In this document: positions 37,401-47,077 of the stretch, piece by piece | Layout of the letters: each line of letters begins with the position of its first letter | Numbering within the stretch: position 1 is the first letter of the stretch | From: Piromyces finnis finn | Lineage: Eukaryota > Fungi > Neocallimastigomycota | Reading direction: 5' to 3' | Assembly: GCA_002104945.1 (NCBI GenBank) | Contig: MCFH01000068.1 | Span: forward strand, 1-64,000 | Length of the DNA stretch: 64,000 nt | The notes under the pieces: generated by a model | What the model was told of the DNA's origin: nothing | Seen by the model: only the letters and a program-made list of their open reading frames with translations | Database searches by the model: none | Made by a program: the position numbers and the translations under genes

Positions 37401-37741
37401 TTATTGGAATTGACGAAAGCAAGCTTAACTACCGGTTGGATATCAGCAAGTCACCTTTCCCCAACGTCTACCCAGTGTTTTATATCAGTGAACTTGAACC
37501 CTACCATAACAAACCTGAAGAACTAACACCTGCACCAGTGGGCTACCAGAAAATTATCAAAATCATGAATGCCAGAAGAAAGAAGGATAACTACCAATAC
37601 TTAGCTACCTTTAGTGACTTTAGGCAAGAGTGGGTTGATGCTGATATCATTGACAAGAACTCCCACTATGATAAGCTACTCAAGGAATTTCAAGATAAAT
37701 GCTACCAGGAATTCATGGTTAGTGTCCAAAACCCTGCCTAG
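34469..37741 (+). CDS. E5 Pol (RT, RNase H, integrase, divergent chromo-like tail)
   Basis: YLDD, CDAS, HDSETAGHLG..C..C, TDRGVQF, YGPF, YQYLATFSDFRQEWV. Confidence 0.92.
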   Translation: MGNGSHKATKETRNGSSGGLASSSNLEKNPVSVGLVQSVDLEKKCDSGGLTFEYNLEKTCVSVGLVQESNLEKNHIYVGLVQEENLNENRPTPEEIVEKYYHNFKEAFNEEIANQLPEHRPYDCKIDLEPDASLHKGPIYPFNPEEEKGLKEYIEENLAKGFIRKSESPAGYPVLFVPKKSGERRLCTDYRRLNKVTVRNSFPLPLISQVFEAMKGATIFSKLDLKSAYNLVRIREGDEYKTAFSTKFGHYEYLVMPFGLTNAPATFQGFINTVLAEEINDCCQVYLDDIIIYSKSLEEHVGHVKRVLQKLIDNRLVAKLAKCEFHKEELAFLGHVVGKYGIKTDPEKLKAVASWPQPTNIKELQSFLGFCNYYRKFIKDFSRIERPLYAMTSKKVQFLWNEERIQAFEKLKEMLLSPPVLAYPDHDRQFIVECDASNYAVGGVLSQLGDDNELHPVYYYSKKLTKAEINYSITEKELLAIRNAFIEWRHLLMGAKHKVLVYSDHRNLLFATKPQLLTARQARWQELFAAYNFEIIYRPGKMNGRADILSRMVSPEQVQLEMEKASLLRPEQVKEFPPVEEECYAVLEVSFVGELKQAYNTDELAREIRDGLDAKRGHKLIKKKWLMVNGLIVRKDAPERTYVPKVLRETIIKLNHDSETAGHLGKDKTYDLIARNYYWPKMKDDIAGYIKACTICCTQKDNRHRPYGSAARVKVADLPWQEVEIDFLTDLPIKERRKPGSSPSEPPEVTRRGCIMVCSDKLTKMIHLVGFRSMPTAKETALAYLQHVFKLHGCPKSVTTDRGVQFTSKLWKDIMGFFGVEVNLATTGHHETVGQVERNNSYVSMYLRCFVKTFDDDEWLKYLYLAEFCYNNAVHSSTKQSPFLALYNYQVHMNPQDSELVHSLGEAPVLDSFAHNLGNLKHMLDISRTRFLDHLDHRRELNYPKIRLMDLVWLRKPENYNPLPFYKLQARKYGPFKVIGIDESKLNYRLDISKSPFPNVYPVFYISELEPYHNKPEELTPAPVGYQKIIKIMNARRKKDNYQYLATFSDFRQEWVDADIIDKNSHYDKLLKEFQDKCYQEFMVSVQNPA
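34517..34740 (+). repeat. 45-bp (15-aa) tandem repeat, 5 copies, between protease and RT
   Basis: GGGTTG at 34523, 34568, 34613, 34658 and 34703. Confidence 0.9.
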
Positions 37742-38264
37742 GTTTTCTCCTTAGGGGGGCATTGTAAGAAATATTTGTGGCCATAAGTTTGCCCACAAAT
37801 ATTTCAATTGAAACCATATATTCTGGTCACCATTTATTGGCCAAATATATGCATAACCATATATTAATGGTTATTAATTAAATAGGAAGTTTATTTGCTT
37901 TACCCAATCAAGTGGTAAAGAAAATAAACTCATATAGTTAAATAGTATAGTCAAAACCAACGTTAAATACTTTAGCGTTAGTATTAAAGTAAATTAATAG
38001 CTATAATAATAATTAATGTATATAATTATAACTAATAAATAAAAGATAATAATTATAATAATTATTTAAGTAAATAATATTTCATATTAATATTTATTGT
38101 GTTATATTTATTTTTGTGTTATAATATTTATTTTAGTTCTTTTATTATTTTTTATAAAACTTTATTTAGTTATTAACTCGTATAGAGAGGTAATAACTAA
38201 CTTAATTAACTTGTTATATTTAACTTATTAACTAACATATATAAAAACCTTTTACACGAATGAT

Positions 38265-40353
38265 TGATAAATAATATTTATAAAATATTGTATTAATAGA
38301 ATAATGTATTTAATTGTCAAGAATTAGAGTGGATTTATAGTTATAATTAAGTCTACTAGGTTAGGATAGGCTTAATTATATAGTAAATAATAAAATTTTA
38401 TAAATAAAAGAATAATAGATATAGTTTTTTTTTAAGAATTATTTTATTTAATTTTTATAATATAAATAAATGATAATTATCAATTTTAATTATTGAATTT
38501 ACTATATAAAAATGAGTATAATAATCTCACAAAGAACTTCTTAGAGTTGTTCTTTGTTCAACTTATTTATACTTTCATTTTTAATAATATTGATATTAAT
38601 AAAGTATAATAATAATATTTTTAAGTTATACATACATGTATAATAATATAAATATAAATATTAATAAAATATAATAATAATAATAATATAATTTTCTTTA
38701 AATATCGATATTAATAAGTTGTTAAAAATAATATTAATAATTATTTAAATGAATCTTATTTTACTAATTGGTTTGTTTAATATTAATTAATTGTTACACT
38801 ATTTATCTCCGGATAATAAATAGCTTTCCAATTAATATTTATATTAAATAAACTATTATTAGTAAAATATTATTAAATTAATATTTTAATTAATTCAATT
38901 AATAATTTCAAAATTATGAAATTTCATGAAATGTCAAATTTCATGAATTGTGATTTTGACATTAATACGTATTTAAAATAATGTACAATGTATTGAATTA
39001 ATGTACCGTAAACCTTTACAAAATTTATATCACAATACATTAACATAAATCTATGTGAAATCTAAAGTTACGTTAAAATAATGTATTACAATACATTAAC
39101 ATAAATTTATGTAAATTTAATTTTATGATAAGATAAAGTTTTTGATGATAAAATAAATTTTTTAAATTAAATAATTTTTAACCAATAAATATTTTAGATA
39201 AGAAAAAATTTTTTTTATAAACTAAGCCTCAAAATTAGAAATAAATAAATAAATTAAATATATGTTTGAAATATAATCAACCATATAGTAAATAAACCAA
39301 AACTTTATTTTAAGTTTAGAAAATTCTTTAGTAAATAAATTGAATTTAAATAGTTTAATACAAATAATTTTTTTGATAAATGTATAAATGTAAACAATGT
39401 AAAATTATAATATTAAAACATATATATTAGAATTAATTCAATTTATTTAAAAAGTATAAATAAAGAAAATTTTTCAACTATTGAAACGATAGTTGGAAAA
39501 TCGTATAGTTTAGTTATATAGTTAGTTTAGATTATTAGTTTTAGTTTAATTAGTTTAGTTTTAATTAATAATTGATTACCTAGTGAGGGCTCTGGTAAAA
39601 TAACTTTCACGGTAAAGTAATCAACGGTTGTTAGGTATAGATTTTTTAAATAAAGTTATAAATAAAATTAATATTAAAAATAATTAGCTTAATTGTGTTA
39701 GTTTAGTTAGTGTATACAAACCTGAACTTAGAATATTTTACAATAATTATAAATATATTATAAATTTGATATTAGTAGAAAATATTATTATAAAATAATT
39801 ATTAAATAATTTTACATAGTTTAGTATAAAAATATAATTTACATAAAATCAAATATTTTATAAATTTATATATTTGATTGGGTTAAATTATAAAAATAAT
39901 TTTTAATATAAAGAATAATAATAATTTTTAGTAGAAAATGAGAAGACTTAGATTACTAATAATAAGTTAAATTTTAATAATAGTTAATATAATTAATTAG
40001 TGAATACATAATAATATTTAAAAGACAAAAATAAGTTTTTATATAATAAAAATTATTGTTAAAAAGAGCGTAAGAACAATAAATAAAAGAAAATATAAAA
40101 ACGAAATTAAACTTGTCTAGTTTGTAATTATTGTGTTAATAATAAATAATATTTTATAGAATAAATCTGGTGTTATTATTCTATATAAATATTATTAAAT
40201 AATAAAACTATAAATATTATAAAATAACTTAAAGCAAATTGATAAAACAAATAGATATTGTTAAAGCTCGTACAATAGCTGTCGAGATAAAACTATATAA
40301 GGTAACGAATAAGTAGTTTAAAAAGTTGTAGAATAACTACCATTCCGTTATCA
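38265..40353. mobile_element. LTR family G copy (4-bp TSD TGAT), itself interrupted by 38276-39742
   Basis: TGATAA...TTATCA; TGAT at 38261-38264 and 40354-40357; 39743-40353 is the inverted homolog of 10154-10775; ATAAT flanks the inner insert. Confidence 0.75.
38315..38961. mobile_element. Solo LTR family E, TSD TTAAT
   Basis: TTAAT at 38310-38314 and 38962-38966; homolog at 13601-14256. Confidence 0.88.
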
Positions 40354-40676
40354 TGATGTTTGAGTGTCCATGTAAAATATTCTATTCTATGTTCAGGTTT
40401 GTATACACTGTGAAGATATTAACTGGATTTAAAACAAATTCAGATAATATCTATAATTAATTAAACATAATAATTATAATTAAATAATTTCAATAATTAT
40501 TTTAAAACACTTTTAAAAGTCACCTTTTAAATTTTGATTCAGTGAAAGGGTTATGATTTCAAAAATTTAATATCAATACACTATAACCCTTAGCCAAAAA
40601 TAAGCAAGTACGAAATAAGGCGTAACTCGCCAAAAACGATCGCTACGGCTGTGTGATATATCTTTTAAACTGTAAA

Positions 40677-41800
40677 TGTTAAGTTTTTGGGTTTGGTTAT
40701 GCGGCCAGGTCAGAATGTTATTAATTATATAATAAAGATGTTTTTTAAGAAATTAAATTTAATTATAAAATAACACCTTAAACTTCCAAATGAAAAATGA
40801 AAAATTTATATTTACTTTAAAATAATTTTTTTATAAATTTTTATTTATTTAATAATAATAATATAAATGATATTATAAGTAACTATATAATTAAGATTAT
40901 AACTATAATCTTTACAAAGAATTAAAATCGAATTCCATTCATTCTCTTTTATATTCTTTGTTCAGATTATTAAATTGATATTAATAAGAATAAAGTATTA
41001 CATGTAATATATTAATAATATAATTAAATAAGTAATAAGATTGTTTGTTTGTTTGTCATGACATAAAATAAAAATAAACATATGATTAATCATTTAAACA
41101 TTTGATCCTAATTAGTAATTATAAAAAACTATTCAATTAATAATTCATCATTATTAATTGATATTAACATAACATATTTTTTATAATTAAATAATTATTA
41201 TTTTAAAAATTATTTCTAATAAAACTTTCCGTTAACCTATTTTATAATAATTAAGATTATTTAATTTATAGGTGTTAACTGTTACACCTAAATGGGTCTA
41301 GTTCTATTTTTAGTAACAGTCGTTATCATTAATTAAATTAATATAACTAAAATTCCTATTGATATATTTTTTATTTCCTCAAGGCATAAGAAATATTTAT
41401 GATCCATACTTGATATCCTATTGATTTTAATTTACCTATTAAAATCTTTAAATGATCATAACTTCCTTAAATGATCAGTTAGAAGGACCGCGATTGTACC
41501 AAATTGTAGCTTTCTTCCTAAGCTTTCTAACAAACCTAGTTTCAAAACTATATTTAAAGGCGGTAGCGATCGTTTTTGGCGAGTTACGCCTTATTTCGTA
41601 CTTGCTTATTTTTGGCTAAGGGTTATAGTGTATTGATATTAAATTTTTGAAATCATAACCCTTTCACTGAATCAAAATTTAAAAGGTGACTTTTAAAAGT
41701 GTTTTAAAATAATTATTGAAATTATTTAATTATAATTATTATGTTTAATTAATTATAGATATTATCTGAATTTGTTTTAAATCCAGTTAATATCTTCACA
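40677..41800. mobile_element. Solo LTR family I (~1.12 kb), TSD GTAAA
   Basis: TG...CA termini; GTAAA at 40672-40676 and 41801-41805. Confidence 0.82.
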
Positions 41801-42908
41801 GTAAAGTCGACACAAAAAGAATAGATTATGATATCTATTCTATTACTGTAACGAATGCTACGGTTTAAATAAGATATCACAATACACTTAGCTAGTTATA
41901 AAAATAAAATTTTATTTAATTTTAATTTTTATTCATTTAATTTATTTTTCGTTTTTCAATTTTTTAATTTTTTTTTTCAAAATCTTCGTACTTTTTCCAA
42001 CTATCCATCATTTGAAAATAAATGATTTTGGATAATTAGAATTTTAAATTAATTCCATTCATAATATATGGATCATTCATTGCAACATATATTGATTAAA
42101 TCATTAACATATATTATAAATAATCTCTTAATATTTGAATAGAAAAATTTTTAATTTATAATTAATAAATTTTTAATTTATGATATGTGTAACATTTTTA
42201 CATATCATATATTATATATTCGATTATAACATATAATAAAATTATATTATTCAATTAATTATGCCCTTATTTAGACATAAGTAATAATTTTTATGTCGAG
42301 GTATCTTCTGTTTTGTGTGTAACAGTTGCCTCTTTTAGTAAAAATTATAATTAAATTCTATGTCATAATCTTAAATTATAAAATATTATACAATAAAGTT
42401 AATTAATAAAATAAACCTAAAATAATAATAAAATACTAATAACTATTTTAATAATAAAATTTAGTAAAATTTATAAGTATAAAATATCATAAGTAATTAT
42501 ACTAATACTAAGAATACAGGTTATAATTAACTATATACAAATAATATAACTATATAATAAAAATATGAATAATTAATAGAAAAATGTATAAAAATTATAA
42601 TATATAATTTTTATATTTTAAAAATAGAGTTAAACAATAATAAGGAATATAAATAGTTAATGTAAAAGTTTTACTAAACTTATAATTTAATATTAAAATA
42701 TTAAATTAAATAAAAGGTTAAAAGATAACTAGGTTAGAAAAAAAAAATGTTTTATTAAAATAATCTTAATTGATTTATAAATGAATAATTAAATTATATA
42801 TTATGGTTAAAATAATTTCTTTTATTTTATTTAATAATATATTGCTAAAATATATAATAATAAGATTATTTAGTAGTAATACTCATTAAGTATTAATTAT
42901 TATTAATG

Positions 42909-43028
42909 GTTAATAATTTCTAGTTAATAATCTATAGTTAATAATTTATAGTTAATAATCTTTAGTTAATAATTTATAGTTAATAATTTAATAATTTATG
43001 GTTAATAATTTATAGTTAATAATCTTTA
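42909..43028. repeat. 14-bp minisatellite (GTTAATAATTTATA), ~8 copies
   Basis: Read directly from the sequence. Confidence 0.85.
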
Positions 43029-43878
43029 CAAAGATTTTAATTTCATAACTATTCTAAACTATTTATACTATTTGTAATTTTACATTTAATAATAAAATAA
43101 CTTTTCAATACATGATTATATTCATAATATATTTTATAATACTTAAACTAAACTTAAGACTTATTCCTAATTATTAAAAAATAACTATTGTTTATAATAT
43201 TCATAATATTAATTATTTCTTAATTATAATATAATTCATTGAATATAATATTAATAATTATAATCTTCTAGTTCAAAGATTATAAATTATGTTGTTGAAA
43301 TAATTATTATAAAATAAAGTTAATTAGTTCCGGAAAATAATTTTAATTCAATTAAACAATAATTTTTATATTTTGAGTGAATGATTTATGTTTGATACAT
43401 CAGGGGTGATCATTCTCTGAATAAACAATTAATCATTGCTAACAAAATATCTTTAAATTGGAATATCTCGTGAACCAGCAGAGATATTGACCTGATTTTA
43501 AGATATGTTGTTTGTCTTGAGCGTGGCTTTCTAACGAACGTAATTACGACCAAAACATTTTTATTCAAAAAATCGTCATTCGTTGAGGAGATACGCGTGT
43601 TTTTCCTTATTCCGTTTTAACGATAAGGGTTAAAGTTATTTATTATAAAAATTATTAAGGGTTAAGGTCATATTTTAACCTTTACTAAATTTTTAAATAT
43701 TTCTTAATAAAATTTTATAATTTATTTGAAAATAAAATATTTGTTGATTTTGAAATTTCATAAGTGATTTCACAATTTCTAGTGATCTTGAAATTGTAAT
43801 TTCACTAGTATTCGTGACAGTTAATCATTGAATTATAGCAATTTTAACTATTTATGTTCATTCCTTAACACGAATCAT

Positions 43879-44374
43879 TGTAAGAAATATTTGTGGCCAT
43901 AAGTTTGCCCACAAATATTTCAATTGAAACCATATATTCTGGTTAACATTTATTGGCCAGAAATATGCATAACCATATATTAATGGTTATTAAATAAATA
44001 AAAAGTTTATTTACTTCACCCAATCAAGTGGTTTAGTAAATAAACTATTATAGTTAAATAGGGTAGTCTAAACTAACGTTAAATACTTTAGCGTTAGTAT
44101 TAAAGTAAATTAATAGCTATAATAATAATTAATGTATATAATTATAACTAATAAATAAAAGATAATAATTATAAATAATTATTTAAGTAAATAATATTTC
44201 ATATTAATATTTATTTGTTTTATATTTATTTTTGTGTTATAATATTTATTTTAGTTCTTTTATTATTTTTTATAAAACTTTATTTAGTTATTAACTCGTA
44301 TAGAGAGGTAATAACTAACTTAATTAACTTTTTATATTTAACCTATTAACTAGCATATAATAAAACCTTTTACA
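43879..44374 (+). mobile_element. LTR family D
   Basis: Close match to 31451-31944. Confidence 0.92.
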
Positions 44375-45080
44375 TGTTATGGTTCGAGGAATTTAGTTTT
44401 ATTTATAAAATATTAATAAATTATCAATACTCAAAAATAATATTAAAATTAAATAAGAAAAATTGTTTTATTAATAAGTTTGTTTTATTAAAATATTAAG
44501 AATATAGAATTACAAAAATAAAAATAAAAATAAAAATAAAATTATCTCTGTCTTCTAATTCTTATAATATACACCTTTTTATACTTTTTGTAGAAATTTA
44601 AGTAGTGTTAATTAAAAGAATTAGACTTTAATTATTACATTAAATTTTATATTTAAATTACTTTTAAATTAATAATAAAATTATATTACTATTATAATAA
44701 ATAATTATACATATTATTGAATTGATTAACATACATTAAAAGTTTACTTCACATATATTTAACTAAAGAATTTTACTATTTTACAGAAATATTATTCATA
44801 ATTTTAATTAATAAAAATTCATTAACTTGATAAATTAAACTAAAAGTTCAATAAACTATAATTTCCAATATATTATTATTACTAAATTAATTTTTAAATT
44901 TAATAAAATAAAATTTAAGTTTAATAAAATAATCATTAATAAATTTAAATATAATTTTCATGTATACATTAATTTACAAATTAGAATATTGTAAAGTTTT
45001 CATACATTTAGGAACAATAATGGATTAGGTCATAATCATTAATTATGACAAAAATAACATTATTTGTTGGTTCCTTAACA
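44375..45080. mobile_element. Probable LTR family J (TGTTA...TAACA)
   Basis: Inverted termini; the end TTCCTTAACA recurs at 43861-43870 and inverted near 57398. Confidence 0.55.
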
Positions 45081-46341
45081 CGAATCATAGAAATAAAGAA
45101 ATTGTCTTAGTGGTTAGTAACTAAGACTTTGGTCCGAATGTCTTGAGTTCGAGACTTCTAAATTAATTTTTTTATTTATTTTTATTTTAATTTTTTATTT
45201 TGATTTTTTATCAACTCGAAATTCTTTGATTGGTTAAGAAATTTAAGTTGTAAAAAATCTTTTAGATTAATTTTAAAAATTTTTATATAAATACGAGTGG
45301 ATTTTTCTAAATTTAAAAAAAAATTGAGTTTTTATTAATTAATAAATTATTGTTAAACACTAACCTATTAAGTTAAAATTTGTGTGTTTTAATAATAATT
45401 TTAAATATTAATAATTAACAGTAAGATAAAAGTGTTTTATATTTACTAAATTATTTTAGTAAATTGTTATAAATTTTTTATTGTTAAGAACACATTTCCT
45501 TACAATTACAATAACACTAAAGATCTAAATAAAATTGTTTTATTAAAAAAATATCTTTTATTATAATAGATATTATATTAATAACAATTACATCGATAAA
45601 ATGATGAAAAATATCTTCTATTTATATTTTTTCTAAATACATTTATATTATATTATAACTATTTATTTCTTATATATTATTATTTAAAATCTACACTAAA
45701 ATTTTAATTATTAATAAATATTTAAACTATAACTATTTTTAGTAAAATACAATTGGCAATTCAAATTAAGTACTATTCAATTTGAATATGTGCCCATGTA
45801 TTATTGATATATAAAACATTTAATAATTATATACTAGATGTCTATTTCTATTACAAAACAATACTAAAACTAGGGGTTTGAATTGAGAATTTTAATTTAT
45901 TTGTTAAACATTAAAAATAAATTACTAATTTATTTTGTTTTAAACTTTAATTATTAATAAATAAATTATGTCCCATTTTCTTTTTCTGTAATATAATTCG
46001 TGTAACTTAAACAATAATATTTATGGCTTAAGTTACATTAAAGATATCAATCTGTGGCGTTTGATATCTTTACATAAACTAGGTTTGTTAGAAAGCTTAA
46101 AGGAAAAGCTACAATTTGGTACAATCGCGGTCCTTCTAACTGATCATTTAAGGAAGTTATGATCATTTAAAGATTTTAATAGGTAAATTAAAATCAATAG
46201 GATATCAAGTATGGATCATAAATATTTCTTATGACTTGATGAAATTAAAAATATATCAATAGGAATTTTAGTTATATTAATTTAATTAATGATAACGACT
46301 GTTACTAAAAATAGAACTAGACCCATTTATGTAACGAATAC

Positions 46342-47072
46342 TGTAAAGAATTAATGTTAGTAAATGTTATAATAATATAAATTCTTATAAGAATCCATAA
46401 ATTTATGTTTAATTTATCATATGATATGATATTTCATGTGATATAATTTATGTAATAATATATATTATTATAAGAATTTAATAATATTATATATAATATT
46501 ATAATGATTATTTATATTTAAATAATATTTTATTTTATAATTAAATAATTATTTTATTTTATATTTAAATAATATTTTATTTTCTATTTAAATAATATAT
46601 TATTTTATAATTAAATAATATTTTATTTTATAATTAAATAATTATATTATATATAATATGTATTATTATAGTAAATAATATTATTAATTATTAACCAATA
46701 ATAGTTGATATAGATTAATAATATTATAAAAGAAAACATGTAAAAAAAAAAAAAACGCTAATATTTTAGCGTTAGTATTAAAGAAAAATAATATAATAAA
46801 TAATTAATAATAAAGAATAATTATATTTAAAATAGGTTAAAGATACTTTATATTAGTAAGAGAAATAAAGCGAATAAACATTTATTATTATATATAAATA
46901 AATTGTTTTATTCATTATTTAAGTACTAATTTCTTTATAAATTTTAATATAAAACATTATTTATAATATTAGCTCGTAGGAGAGGTTGATATTTATTTAT
47001 TTTTGTAATATTTTTATATAAAATAATATATAAATCTATCCCTCTTATAGAAAATATAATAAACCTTTTACA
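46342..47072 (+). mobile_element. Solo LTR family M (D-related R/U5), TSD AATAC
   Basis: AATAC at 46337-46341 and 47073-47077; contains AGCGTTAGTAT at 46768-46778 and ends AAACCTTTTACA like family D. Confidence 0.8.
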
Positions 47073-47077
47073 AATAC

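Larger units (their letters stand above)
31451..38256 (+). mobile_element. Element E5: full-length family D chromovirus (LTRs 494 bp), TSD CGAAT
   Basis: LTRs 31451-31944 and 37763-38256 look identical; CGAAT at 31446-31450 and 38257-38261; PPT GGGGGGCAT 37754-37762. Confidence 0.96.
14316..40370 (-). mobile_element. Element E2: family D chromovirus, the fragmented outer host of the nest
   Basis: Pieces: 3' LTR 14316-14807 with PPT GGGGGGCAT, pol 14829-17417, PR/gag 29072-30837, leader 31333-31450, 38257-38264 and 40354-40370. All are collinear with E5 once the inserts are removed. The 5' LTR was not found. Confidence 0.85.
41847..45504 (+). mobile_element. Composite insert bounded by LTR family L ends, TSD ATTAC
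   Basis: Starts TGTAACGAAT and ends CCTTACA; ATTAC at 41842-41846 and 45505-45509; interior only partly resolved. Confidence 0.75.
40671..46074 (-). mobile_element. Solo LTR family A, TSD TAAAC, split by two inserts
   Basis: Pieces 40671-40676, 41801-41846 and 45505-46074; TAAAC at 40666-40670 and 46075-46079. Confidence 0.85.
40409..46329. mobile_element. Outer LTR family I copy (40409-40670 plus 46075-46329), split by LTR-A
   Basis: Both pieces are the reverse complement of 41300-41800 and rejoin across TSD TAAAC. Confidence 0.8.

Noticed and set aside
38276-39742. A separately named LTR family for the inner insert
   Set aside because: The right end is TTACA (inverted homolog at 40371-40408) and it is flanked by ATAAT, but the left end lacks TG, so the boundaries are not secure.
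45090-45165. Functional tRNA genes at the A/B-box modules (also 10070, 17885, 32330, 60860)
   Set aside because: None gave a complete cloverleaf with a paired acceptor stem, and all sit inside retrotransposon sequence, so they are reported as tRNA-like only.
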